Assembly: GCF_009914755.1 (NCBI RefSeq)
Contig: NC_060929.1
Length of the DNA stretch: 64,000 nucleotides
Source of the DNA: the human T2T-CHM13v2.0 reference genome, Homo sapiens
Reading direction: 5' to 3' (one strand)
The translations under genes and the position numbers were made by a program. Every line of letters begins with the position of its first letter. The stretch's first letter is position 1. Shown in pieces: positions 15,006 to 40,617 of this stretch. The notes under the pieces were generated by a model. It searched no databases and was not told the origin of the DNA. It saw only the letters and a program-made list of their open reading frames with translations.

Positions 15006-16688
15006 GTTTGCTCACTTTTTAACGTTTAGTAGAGAACTTTTGAAATTGCCTAGACATTAAACTTGTCAGAGAAAAAAGGTGTTAGATACTTTATTCTCCA
15101 AATGTACAATACATGTTCAGGTTCTTTCTGTAATCAGTGCCTGAATGGAAGAATCCCCTTCTCTTTAGCCCTTCATCCTTTTCCAGGGGTTCTTTTATCT
15201 CACCTTCTCCATTTGTACATCAAAAACACTGATATTTATGTCTGACATATTTCCTTTTCATAGAATTGAACTCTACTTTTGACGAAGACCACTTCTCTTG
15301 CCTAGAACGTTCTTTCCTCCTTGGAGCATCCTGATTGGACACTGAGTGCTGATAGCATACTAACATCCAGTCAATCCCTTTGTTATGTCTAGACTATAAG
15401 CAATCCCCAAATTCAGTTGTACCTTCGATACAGATAATAGTTCAACTGCAGAAAGTTCAGGCATCCGACAGGTGTCAATCGTGACTCTCACACTTATTGG
15501 CTATGTGCCCTGATCAAGTCTCTCAGCCTCTAGGAGTCTTGAGTTCCTCATGCGTGGAATGACAATCATAGAACGTGCATTCCATGGGGATGTGGTAATG
15601 AAATCAGACACTGTCTAGAGAAAGACTTTCTTGTTTTGTCTTCACACTCACTGCATTCTTCTTTTTTAAAGTGTTTATCTCAGAATTAGCTTTGTGAAAT
15701 GTTTATCATCTCTCCAATCCATAGCCTATTTAACATAACAGATAAAATACTGGAAATGTTGTTTTTTAAGGATCTCATATTTCTAAGATGCTATGCTTCT
15801 TCTCATTTGGTAAACATCAGTGGAATCTAATAAGCAAAACATGGAAAGAGCATATCCTTTAAGTATACTTCCCTTACAATTTCCAAATACTATCATTTCG
15901 ACATTATTACAAGATATTAATTATTAAACAGCTGGATAAACTGCTTTTCATTCAAAAATTGCAGTGTCTTTAATATCACTTGCACCTCATCATGGCATAT
16001 TTACGATGCTCCTTTAGTTCCTCCCTCTATGCCCAAGATGCCACCAAAATAATAAGCACTGAGTTATTTTTAAAAAATATTTTAAATATGTGTATTTTTA
16101 AGAACAAAGAAAATTGGAGGAGAGATACCATTAGATGAGCAATTTCAAACAAGCTCTGGAAATGGGGGGATGGTGGAGTGGCAAATGGCCTTAGCATAGC
16201 AGAGGAGGCTGCAGGACATAGACCCAGGGAGGCTGCTTACCCACAGGACCTGTGACATTTAGGACTTAGAGGTCCCAAGTGCCATAGAAAATGGCAATGA
16301 GTATCAGGGCTTAGAACAAGAAGATGATTGAAAGTCTGTGAACAGAACGACTGGACCCCTACATATTCTATCCCACCCCAGGAATCAGACAACCACTTTC
16401 CTAGGCAAGAAAACGAAGATTTATTTTCTAAATTGATCAGAAAGGCTCCAAACTTAGAGGCAGCTTGCTGAAAACAGGGATTCAGTGAGCATGTGCAGGC
16501 CAAACGTTGAAGTCCCCAGCTCCTTGCCCTGCTACGAGGGGACTGGAAGCCAGGAAAAGGAAGTAAGACACATTGCATCTTGGAAAGATGAGCCCTATTA
16601 AAAATATCTGTCGATACATGAAAGAAATTCAAACCATAACTGCATTCACCCTTCCAGACACCCACTCTAAATGGAAATAGAAACTTAC

Positions 16689-16774
16689 CTGAAAACATTA
16701 TTCAAAATTTCACACTTCACTTTTGTCTCTTCTCTCCCTGGATAAGTTTTCTGTCAGCCAGCTGTCAGTTCCTA
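16689..16774 (-). other. ANKRD34B: Predicted ANKRD34B non-coding 5'UTR exon 3 (86 nt)
   Basis: Acceptor ctttgatttccttcag|TAGG and consensus donor TTCAG|gtaagt. Confidence 0.75.
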
Positions 16775-17337
16775 CTGAAGGAAATCAAAGCTATTCAGAG
16801 TTACATAAACACCAATAATTTGTTACATGCATCTTTCCCATTTGGAGTCTAGTTTTTAAATTCCTTATTAAGAAATCCCCCAATGTTTGCTCAGTTAGTC
16901 ATATCTCACTGATTATGAGTTTGTAAAGTGTCTGGAGATTCTATGCACAGCAACCCCGTGTGTGTCTGCCTGCAGGGCTGAGTCTGCCATGCGAGGACTG
17001 CTGGGGTTGGAAGGGCCTCGGCACTCACTTGGTGCAGATCAGGAGGCTGAGAAAGGAAAGGTGAGGGCACTCTCCCAAAGCCAATCATCTTACTCACCTG
17101 TTTGCCAGAGGTCAATTACATGTTTGTGTCCTTTATCTCAATATCACCTTGCTTCTTGGATGAGCTTCGCACGGAGTAGGACTGTTTTGAGGGCCTGATT
17201 TGTGTGTTATCTCACATGGCAGTGCTGCATGAGCTGAGGTGCTTGCAAAGCCATCTTGGAGACGATAGGCCAGGCCTTTCCTGTGGCTTTTTGTCCCCAT
17301 GCCACCCCCAGTTTTCCTTTCATTAAGGCAGAAAAGT

Positions 17338-17735
<398 letters not shown>

Positions 17736-18907
17736 TCATAAAGTTAATCATCTGGCCATGGTGGGGAAGAACTTAACAAATGGGTTTGAACTCAAAATTC
17801 AGCCCGTCGCCCTTGCCCCAGTCCCTGCCTATGTGCTGCCCCAAAGGGGATTAAAGACTGCTCAGATGAGGCAGCAGGGTGCGTATCAGGGACCTGGGCT
17901 CCGGATCTCTCCAAGTTATCAACCTCTGGGAGGTCATTCTTCTGAGCCTTAGTTTCCTCACCCCTGAAATGGGGATAATATCTACTTTACAGTAGATGAT
18001 TGTGAGGATTTTAAAAGATCCGAACATACTTGCTACTTACGAATTCAATAAATGTCCATTTACAAACATGCATCACCAAATACAGGCACTGCATACAGGA
18101 ATCCTCAGGACTGATGGGGTCTGACGATGGGATGCTAAGTTCCCTATACCAATGGGTTCTTCTTTTGTGGGCATAAGAAACACATGGAGTGCCTGTTAAA
18201 AAGAAAATTCTAGGCTCCACTCCCACATATTCCATGGGAGGTGCTTCTAATGCACACTTGGAGAAAATCTGAGGCAAACTCTTCATTCCTCATTCCAGGC
18301 CACTTCCTGTTTGCTATGGACCCCTGCCTCAGATTCACACAGAGCTGTCTCCGACATTACTTCCAAGTGGTGCGATGCTCGGCTCCCCTGCAGGAGTGAA
18401 AGGCAGAGATAGATGGCTGCCACAGCCTAGAGACGGGTCCAGGGAGCTCACAGGTCCCAGAGAAGAGGACAGCCTTGAATTAGTAGAATGGGCCAGGAGC
18501 TGGAGGTTTGCTGCCCTGCCTTTCCTAGACGGGTTTGAAAAAACCCAGAGCCCTAGTGGGCAGCCGAAGGCCAGGAGGGAGGCCAGCTACACTGGAATAA
18601 GGCAAGCCTGCTTGCCACAAGCAAATGTGTACCTCCTCCCACCCAAGGAAAGGGGCAGAGACAGAATAAAAGATGCATCTGAGGTCGTCCTGGAAAATGG
18701 AATGACTGGCCAGAAAAAGATTCTTCCCTGGTATTGACTTGCAAGAAATATTTAGAAACTGTCCAAGGAGACGCGTAGCTGGTAAGGTTTGCTGTGTTTC
18801 CCACACATACCCGCAAAGGGCTGCCGTGTTCTCCTAGTTACTTCGGCTGTCCCCCAGGCCTTTGGGGCATCTATGCCCCAACCTCTGTTACTGATTCACC
18901 TCCCCCC

Positions 18908-18910
<3 letters not shown>

Positions 18911-18994
<84 letters not shown>
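18911..18994. repeat. Compound microsatellite (CA)~24(GA)~18
   Basis: Directly visible. Confidence 0.98.
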
Positions 18995-18995
<1 letters not shown>

Positions 18996-19000
18996 CCAAC

Positions 19001-19148
19001 CTAGTCCTCCAAGTCTCAGGGAACCAAGGTGATGGGATTTCCAAGCTGTTGAGGATGCTGGCAGCGTCTCCACGGTCCCCGCCGACCCCTGGAACCAGGC
19101 GCGTTTCCTCAGTTTTTCCTGAGAGCAGGAGGAAGCGAGCTCAAGGCG
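19001..19148 (-). other. ANKRD34B: Predicted ANKRD34B non-coding 5'UTR exon 2 (148 nt; alternative acceptor at 19118)
   Basis: Acceptor ccttcctttgcccttctccgacag|CGCC, second acceptor ttcctcctgctctcag|GAAA 30 nt downstream, and a weak donor CTAG|gttggc. Confidence 0.5.
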
Positions 19149-20660
19149 CTGTCGGAGAAGGGCAAAGGAAGGTGACTGGGGCGACAGCTCCAGGGCACCG
19201 ATGGGGGCGGGGTGCGCGTTTCGTCGCCTCATCTCTGAGCCAGGGCAGGCAGCTGGCGGGCTAAGGCGATCACCATCCATGAAAACGGGTTCTGCCCACA
19301 GTCGCTGCGGAGCGGTCCCTGCGCCGCTCGCCCGCCGGCCGGACGCGGCCCTCCCTTGGGAAATGGTGCGTCTGAGGGGCGCAGCCACTGCCCCCATCCC
19401 GGAGCAGGCGCACCTCTGCACCCGGCTCTCTGCTAAGGGGGTCCGGTATCCTGGTGCCAAGGCTGTGCGCACCTGAGAAGGGCGGGAACCGGCTGCCCGC
19501 CCCTGTGTGGCTCCTGGAAGCAGGAGCTCCTGGAAGCTGCAAAGGGCTCCGCAGTCCCCAGCCCGCCCCCAGCGCCCAGCCGGCACCTCCTGCTGCCCAG
19601 CTGCCGAGGCACCTGCGGAGACGCGCCCAAGTCAGCCCCTCCGACCCGCGCGCTCTTGCGGCCCAGCGCGCGCCGCTCCCGCTGCTGCGCCGACCTTCGC
19701 CCATCAGGCCCCCCGCCCCGCATCCTCCTCGACACCCCGCGGCCGGGCAGCCCTCGCCGGTTCCCGCCGCTCGGCGAGGCTGAGAAGGAGGCGGAACCCG
19801 CATCCCCGCGGAGTCCAAGCCCCAGCGGCCGCAAAACTGGAACCGAGAACCAGTGGGAAAGGCAGGAGGCGCGAGGGTGAGCTCGCGTGGAGCGCGCCCC
19901 GGGGTGGCGGGGCAGAGTCTCTCGGGAGGCCCCTGCAGCCCGGCGGCCCTCGGCTGGCCCTGGGTCTCTCATCCTGCTCGGGGCACTGCAATGTCAGGGT
20001 GAGCGGGAGGTGCGGGCTTCAGGGGCTTGCGCGCACCGGGCAGGGAGCACTGAGGCCGTGCGGGCCGCTGGGTCCCACGCTGCGCCCTCGATGTCCTCCT
20101 CCCGGCAGCCGCCACTGCAAGCCAAAGTTTCCCAAGTGCAGCCGGCAGGGACGGCGCCTCACACTGACCTGGGACGCGCTGTCGAGTTGGCGGCGGCGCT
20201 TTCAAACCTCTCTCCGGCACTGCCCGACCCTCTGTGCGGCCCTAGGGCGCCGTCTGAGCTGAGCTGTGGTCTTCGGCTCCTCGGCGCCTCGAATCGCAGA
20301 TCTCGGTAGATGCCGCCCAGTCCCCGCCCTGCTTGCGGAAAGAGGCGGGCGACTGCCGCGAAGCGCTGGAGCTGGGACCCGGAGCGCACACCTCGCCAGA
20401 CGCCCGGGCAGCGAGGCGCTTCCGCTGGGGGTGACGCGTCGGCTCCAGGCTCTGCGCAGGTGAGGGCGGCAAGGCTCCTCTGGACCCAGGGGGGCCAGCA
20501 GCTGCTGGAAGCTCCGCCTTCTGTCCCCGTAAGTCCCACCCCCGTCCCCCGCTTCGGCCACCGCGCTTCGGCCACGGCGACTTGGCCAACAACAGCGGCA
20601 GCAGGGTCTCCCCATTGAGGGAAGCACGCACCCCTACGTCACGGGCTTTGGCTCCTCCAG
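19060..20660. promoter_or_regulatory. CpG island / ANKRD34B promoter
   Basis: About 1.6 kb of very GC- and CpG-rich, repeat-free sequence at the 5' end of the gene. It has Sp1-like ccccgccc (about 20323), CRE/ATF-like gtgacg (about 20431) and acgtcac (about 20636), and no TATA box. Confidence 0.92.
20169..20320 (-). other. ANKRD34B: Predicted ANKRD34B first exon (TSS position approximate)
   Basis: Donor CCCAG|gtcagt at 20169/20168 inside the CpG island. GC boxes lie upstream at about 20323-20350. Confidence 0.55.
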
Positions 20661-20949
20661 TCCGTATCCCTCCCCTCAGCTCACATCCACCCGCTGGTTC
20701 ATGGGTCCATCTGTCCCCACCGGTCCTTCCACCCCTCCGCATCCCTGTACCCACTTCAGGTAAAGCCAGAGCCACACTTCAGGTTGGGGTGTTAGTGGGA
20801 ACAACCGTTCTTATTTACGTCTTTAGGAATTTATAAGGTTATTATGCTATTATTAAAACATGAATAAACATATTAACAAAATTTCGAAAAATACATTTCA
20901 TATGTTAAACTCTACTGAGAGATGAAAAGGAAATGAAGCAGAAGCAACT

Positions 20950-21984
<1,035 letters not shown>

Positions 21985-22512
21985 AGACACACATTTCACA
22001 AGTCCGATGATTTTGCACAAAATGAGCATCATCCAGATCAAGAAGCAGAACATTACCAGTACCCTCACAACACTCCCTCTTCAGATTTCTCATTGGAGGG
22101 AGTGGTGGCTTCAAACAGCATAGAGTAGTTTTGTTTCTTTTTGTACTTTATAGTGATTGAATCACTCTGTTGACTGGCCTCTTTCACTAATAGTATGATT
22201 AAGAGATGCATACTGTGTGTGGCTGTAGTCTGTTTATTCTTTTTGCTGTATAGTATTCCGTTTTGTGATTGTGCCTCAATTGCTTATTCATTTTACTACT
22301 GATAGACATTTGGGTAATTCTCAGGTTTGGGACATTACAAATAATGCTGCTATGAACATTAAAATAGATGTCTTTTGGTGACCATATATACTTATTTCTG
22401 TTGGGTACATACCTAGGAGTGGAATTGTGAGTCATGATGTAGGCATATGTTCAGCTTCTGGAGATGCCACCAAACAGCTTTTCAAAGCAGATGATCCAAT
22501 TTTCACTTCTAC

Positions 22513-23053
22513 TTTATTAGTTTTCTATTGCTGCTTGTTACCACAAACAAAATCACCACGAACTTATTGTGGCTTAAAGAACACAGATTTATCCTCTTAC
22601 AGTTCGGGAGGTCAGAAGTCCAAGTTGAATTTTATGTGGTTAAAACCAGAGTCTCAGCAAGATTGCATTACTTTTGGGGGTTCCAGGGGACAATCTGTTT
22701 CCTTGCCCTTTCTAGCTTTTAGAGGCCATCTGCATTCCTTGGCTGGTGGCCCCTTCCTCCATCTTCAATATCTGTCTCTCCCTCTCTCTCCCTCCCTGCC
22801 CTCCTCTCCCCACTGCCACGCTTCTGTTGTTACATGTCTCTCTCTCCCTCTGCTTCCTTCTCTCCCTCTGACTCTCCTGCCTCACTCTGGAGGACCTTTG
22901 TGATGACACTGGACCCACTTGGATGATCTTCCATTTCAAAATCCTTCATTTAATCACAGCTGCAAAATTAATTTGGCCTGTAGGGTAACATATTCATAGA
23001 TTCTAGAGATTAGGACATTAAACTCTATGGCGGTTCATTACTCAACCCACCAC
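22513..23053 (-). mobile_element. MLT1 (MaLR) LTR inside an old L1M fragment
   Basis: tattagttttctattgctgc...ggcttaaagaacacagatttatcctcttacagttcgggaggtcagaagtcc...accaca. Confidence 0.7.
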
Positions 23054-23947
23054 ACCTATCAGCAGGATATTGGAACATGTTGCATGAATGGAGGATGGAC
23101 TGAATAAACAGAGGATAATGAATTTACAATTTACATTGTATCCCAGATACAATTTACCTGTAGGATTTTTACTGTTGACCTGGGTGCTGTGCCAGGACTG
23201 GTGGGCAGGAGAGGAGGGCTGATGCTGGAACACCACTTCTAGCCACCACCAACCTGCTGGCACTACGTGATTTGTGCCTGGGGGCACCCATGCTGAGTGA
23301 CATGTTAGAGAAGGCAGATCCTCCTTCGTGGGAGTTGGTAACAGCAGTTAAACAGTGGTGAACACATCACATTTTACAGTGGGAAAGGCCCTGTGGTCAG
23401 TGGACAGTGTCGCATCACATGCCACAATGGTGGAATTATGAGGACTGACTTCCACAGCAGGAGAGTTAAGGGGAGGTCTGGATTAGACTACAAAGCTCAT
23501 CTGGTAACCTGGGCAGGCCAGTCCATGCCATCGTTGTAATCTGAATGTTAAAGGGAGATGATTTTAACATTCAAAGTCTGAGAATGAGAATTTCTAGATT
23601 ATACCTACTTCTGATCTCAGTTTAGTCCAGCAACTACACCCCTGAAGGAGAGAGGACAGATGTTTTTTTCCTCATTTTAGCAAAGGGACTGCCAGGGAGC
23701 AAAGCTCCATGATTCACCTAAGAAGCCTCAGGAGAGGAAACAGGAACAGAAGGAAGCTCCCAGCTCTTCCCGCTGTCCTTTGTGTGGCTCCACCTCCCTG
23801 GAGTGTAGATTCACTACGACCTGAGGTCATGGAAGCTGAGGACCCAGAACCGACCCAAGCCATTCAAACCAAATTGGATACATCCTACTTTGTGAGTGAT
23901 AGACTGGGATTCTCTGGAATGTGAGACTCCCTGTCCTCATGGTTTTA

Positions 23948-24343
<396 letters not shown>

Positions 24344-24589
24344 CTACTTTCTGTCTTCTAGAAATCAGCTGAAAATTCTAGTCTACTGATGAAATCACCC
24401 CAGTTCTCTTCACAATTGTGGTTTATACTATTTTACAATTCACTTACTGCCAATTTAATTTAGATCCAGCCTTTAGTGTAACCATTACCCAAAACATGTA
24501 CATTGCACCTATTGAGTAATTTCTCACCCCTCACCTGGACAGAGAAACGTGTGGTTAGTCTGACATCTTGAATTTAAAATCCCATGGTT

Positions 24590-24812
24590 GAGCTAAGTAA
24601 TGTGTAGACATGGACATAGAGTATAGAATAATAGACTTGGAAGACTTAGAAGAGTATGAGGGTATGGGAGAGGGGTGAGGAATGAGAAATTACTCAGTGG
24701 GTGCAATGTACATTTTTGGGGTAATAGTTACACTAGAGGCTTAGACTTCACCACTACCCGGCATTTCCATGTAACAGAACTGCACTTGCGCCCTTAAATT
24801 TATACAATTTTT
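24590..24812 (+). mobile_element. L1 3'-end fragment (L1PB/L1MA-like)
   Basis: gacttagaag...gagaaattactcagtgggtgcaatgtaca...cacttgcgcccttaaatttata, flanked by aaa(a/g)t(c/t)ccatggtt repeats. Confidence 0.7.
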
Positions 24813-25029
24813 TTTAAAGTTCCATGGTTATCAGTATCGTAGTTATCATCATTTCATTAATATTTTATTAAAGAAAACAGAATTCTAAGCTTGCAGTGGA
24901 GACAGCCTAAAACCATCCAGCCAACAATCCAGAAGCCCTAAAATGCTCAGAAATTGGTAGCATTATTATCTTAGAACTAGGGGTAAAAAGGCAACTAAAA
25001 TAAGAACTGATTAAAATTCTGTTTTTCCC

Positions 25030-27600
<2,571 letters not shown>

Positions 27601-28130
27601 ATAACATGGTATCTGAGATGCATTTGAATAAAGTTGTCACACATTTTTTAAAGTCTGTTTGAGAAGCAGTGATGTTCCCACTTCCTCTCCCCTACTCCTC
27701 TCAGTAGTGTGACTGCCCCGTGCCATCCCAGCAGAAAATGGCAGTTTTTTCCTCTGGAGAGGAAAACGGAAGGTCTCTGAGGACACCAGGTAGAGTCGAG
27801 GTGAAGGTACCATCCTGACTACGTGGGAATGTCATGAATGCTGGGGATGGGATTTCCCCCGCCCTCGTGCTCCATTCCCAGATAGCTTGAAGCCAGACCT
27901 GTCAGGGACTGTCTCCAAATGGTGCTCAGATTAGCTTCCAGTGAAGTTTCCTGTCCAAATGTCTCAGCCACATGCTCAGAGCTGCCAAACATCTTTTTAG
28001 TCCCTCACTCTCAAATATGAGCTGACCATCAAATATGTGACATTTGAGGGAAGCTTTTAATGGGAAAGATTAAAACTAAACTAAATAAATAAACAGAAGT
28101 ATCAAAATCTGAAGGAAACAGACAATGTAA

Positions 28131-28815
<685 letters not shown>

Positions 28816-29036
28816 ACAATCAGAGAACAAGAAAAGGCCTTTGAAATTTTAAAATTTAGAGCAGATATGAGAAACTTGAAGTAGATAACCTCAAAAGAAG
28901 AGTTAGATAACAAAAATAAAGCTGTCTTTGAGTAAGTACAGCCCTCTCCACAAAAGAGGGAGAAAACAATGAGAAAAAATGAGAAACATAAAGGATAGAT
29001 TTAAAATATCTAACAGGTATGGTGAGTCACATTGGT

Positions 29037-29397
29037 GAAGAAAGAAGGAAAGAAAGAACGAATGAACGAAGGAAAGAAAGAAAGATGAAAAAGAGAAAGA
29101 AGAAAGAAAGAAGAAAGAAAGAGAAGGAGAGAGAGCGGGAGGGAGGGAGGAAAGAAGGAAGGAAGGAAAGAAGGAAGGAAGGAAAGGAGAAGCAAAGAGA
29201 GAGAAAGAAGAGAGGGAGGGAAGGAAAGGAAGGAAGAAGAAAGAAGGAAGGAAGGGAGGGAGAGAAAGGAAAGAAAGGAAAGAAAGGAAGAAAGGAAGAA
29301 AGAGAGAAAGAAGGAAGGAATAAAGGAAAGAAAGAAAGAGAAAGAGAAAGAAAGGGAGAAAGGAAAGAAAGAAAAGAAAGAGAGAAAGAAAGAGGAT
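29037..29397. repeat. Polypurine (GAAA/GGAA/GA) low-complexity tract
   Basis: About 360 nt almost entirely A/G. Confidence 0.95.
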
Positions 29398-30177
29398 GAG
29401 GTCTAACATCAGACCAAGATAAGTTTCAGAAAGAGAGGACAGTGGGACTATAGGAGGAAATCATCAAGAAAACAATCCAAGAAAATTTCCCCAAACTGAA
29501 CAACATGAGTTTCCATATGTAAAGAGTTAACTAAGTACCTAAAACATTACATAAAAATAGACTCAGAGCAAGGCAAATAACAGTGAAATTTTAGACTACC
29601 ATAGAAAAAGAATAAATCCCATATGTTTCTAAAGAGAGGAGGTGGGAAATGTCACAAATAAAACCCAGGAATCAGGATGGCTTCAGATTTTCTCTCAATA
29701 ACTCTGGGAACTAGAAAACAGGAGCAATGCCTTCAGATTTTTGAAGGATAGTTAGTTTCAATTTAGAATTCTATACCCAAAAAACTATCAAACAAGTGTT
29801 AGTTACAATAAAGACATCGTCAGATATGTAAGAACTAAAAAATTTGCCTTCTGCATATGCTTTCTCCTTTCTTAAGCGATGCACACCAACAGATAGAGGA
29901 AGTGAAGAGTAAGATTTGGGATGTGACACATATAGCTGAGTCCCTCAGGAGAATCACGGAATAAGGTCTCAGACTACAGAGAGCAGCATTCCCAGCAAGT
30001 AGCCAATCAGAATTAGAACAGAGGAGGTAAAAGGGGATTACAAAGATTTGATGCTATCCTTAGGAATTTAGAACAACTTAAGTAAGCAAAAAAGGCAGAT
30101 AAACTTCACGGGGGTGAAAGGGAAGACGAAAATGCCCCGGTTGGGGAAAAGGCTGTTCAAAAAGGAAAACAGTTATT

Positions 30178-32315
<2,138 letters not shown>

Positions 32316-32601
32316 GGAAAACAGTTATTATACAGTGTAACGAACAATGTATACACAGTCACAGTGGTATAAATACTTGATTTTAACTGTAGAGACAAAG
32401 CGTAGAAGACTTAATCATGATTACAGAAGAGAATATCTTTTATCAATCTTAATGACATAAAAATAAAAGTACACATGACAGCAGGGGGTCTCTAGTCTCC
32501 TCTTCTTACAAAGAAGGGGGTGGTGATACAGAGATACTATCCACATTGTCACCAACACTTACACCAATTTTCTCTCTTTTTTTAAAAAATAGCCATCCTA
32601 G

Positions 32602-33238
<637 letters not shown>

Positions 33239-33756
33239 AAGTGTCTAATAACTTTTAAGCATCGTTTTAATATTTGAGATACTGAGATAACAGTATCTTT
33301 CCGTATAGCTGTTGAAAAGTGGCTATTTTGGAAGAATGTGCTGTTTTCTCTCCATCCTTACCTTGGGAGGCTTTCTGGATGGTACAAATGAGCTACGTCC
33401 TCGTCTGTCATTGCAGGAAGTCATGGAATAAATGTCTAAAATCAGTAATTCGTAAAATAACAGTATAAGCACATTGTTAGGAGTATGGTGTCATGATAAG
33501 AAGAACTAAAAATAGACATAATTAAAAGAGTTTAAATGATTCCATCTGGGGAGTGGTGCTGGGGTGGAGAGGGGTAGTGCCAGGGCTAGATTCTTCAGTA
33601 CAAGCCCTTCCGGAAGGCAATTATTTAATTTTTTTAAAAATGTATACATTTATTACTTTAATAAATTTAAATGCTAATTTTAAGATCAATGGTAGCTAAT
33701 GCTCAACTATATACACACACGTGTGCACATGCGCGCACACACACACACACACACAC

Positions 33757-33996
33757 CTGTCACCCCTTGATATTTGCAGGGGATGGGTTCCAGAACCCTG
33801 CGTATACCAAAATCCATTCAAAATACTCAAGTTCCTGGGTTGGTCCTGCAGAACCAGGCTATATAGGAAAAAAGTTGGCTGTCTGTCTAGGTAAGTTTAG
33901 AATCCCACCAATGCTGTATTTTATCAGGCTTTGGTTGAAAAAATCTGCATGTAAATGGACTCAGGTAGCTTGAACCCTTGTTGTTTAAGAGTTAAC
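33757..33996. mobile_element. MER2-like DNA transposon remnant; AluS follows at 34093-34393 (-)
   Basis: ccccttgatatttgcaggggatgggttccagaaccctgcgtataccaaaatcca...gaacccttgttgtttaag. Confidence 0.6.
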
Positions 33997-34079
33997 ATAT
34001 ATACGGGGGAGAGAAGGAAAGGGATAAAATGAGAGTGGTAAAATGTTAACATTTGGGGAATCTGGGTGGAAGTACATGA

Positions 34080-34412
<333 letters not shown>

Positions 34413-34836
34413 TAAAACTAATGGCGTTCAGTGCTTAAAACCATGTGTTTGGCACAAGTAAGCATGTTACGTGCATCACCTCATATAGTCCTCACAACTC
34501 TTGTTATCCCTACATTACTGGGGAAGAAACTGAGGCTCAGAAAATTCAGGTGATGTGCCTAAGGTCACACAACTGGTAAAAATGTGGTTGGATTTGACCT
34601 CCAGTCATCTGTTGGGTTGTCTCTCAGTCTCTGGATCCAACGCTGTTTTCCACTTTGCTTCCAAAAGTAAAGTGGGAAGAGGGGGAGGCTGGTTGGAAAG
34701 GATCACAGCCTCTCCTCTTCTCACTTCCAAGCAGGGGGACGTGATTGACTGTCCGAGCGCTACCTAACATACCCTTTGCCTTCACTAATGACCTTCAGTC
34801 TGTCCTGCCTCCTTCTCCAAGTCTCTGATGCATTGG

Positions 34837-35222
34837 TGATACGGTTTGGCTCTGTTCCTCACCCAAATCTCATGTCAAATTGTAATCCCCATATGTCAGG
34901 GGGGGCATCTGGTGGGAGGTGATTGGATCATGGGGGCAGATTTCCAGTCCTCCATGCTGTTCTCACGATAGTGCGTGAGTTCTCACGAGATCTGATGGTT
35001 TAAAAATGTGGCACTTTCCCCCTCGCTCTCGCTCTCTCCTGCTCCACTGTGATGAGACTTGCTTGCTTCCCCTTTGCTTCTGCCATGACTGTAAGTTTCC
35101 TGAGGCCTCTCAGTCTGATTCCTGTACAACCTGTGGAACTGTGAGTCAATTAAACCTCTTGTCTTCATAAATTACCCAGTCTCAAGTAGTTCTATATAGC
35201 AGTGTGGAAACAGACCAATACA
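34837..35222 (+). mobile_element. MSTA-like MaLR solo LTR
   Basis: tgatacggtttggctctg...gaccaataca, near-TSD attgg/actgg. Confidence 0.82.
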
Positions 35223-35607
35223 ACTGGGGAACCCACCCCAGAATGTCTGCTCTCTGCTTGACTGAGGCCTCGTCACCTCTCTGGTCACTCCCAGAAGCCT
35301 GTGTGTACAGTGAGGGTTTGGAGGTGAGAGTGGTAAGGGGGAGGAGGCCTTGTGGGAAGGGGTTCAGCTGTCACCCCTCCCACCTGATTTGAAGAGGACC
35401 ATAAAATGTCTTCATCTTGGAAGTGATAGAGGGAAAGTTTATATTTTGAGTAATTGTATTAGAAAGACTGAGATAGCAGTTACCCATTGTCCTGAATATC
35501 CCAGAGTTGATTTTTGCCTTAGCTCCTTAGCAGGCTTGATTTTTATTCTGATTTCATGTGATAGTGCATAAATATATAAAAGAAGTAGTTATTCGAATAC
35601 GTGGTAG

Positions 35608-40617
<5,010 letters not shown>

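Noticed and set aside
19141-20270. REST/NRSE-like half sites (gacagcgcc, gacagcgcg)
   Set aside because: Only right half-sites; no properly spaced TCAGCACC half was found.
18794-20836. Many overlapping 100-250 aa ORFs on both strands
   Set aside because: They lie in the CpG island, where stop codons are rare. The products are Arg/Pro/Ala/Gly-rich with no recognisable domain, and many lack an ATG start.
28903-29409. 168-aa F/L/S-rich and 126-aa K/R/E-rich ORFs
   Set aside because: Translation artefacts of the GA-rich simple repeat.
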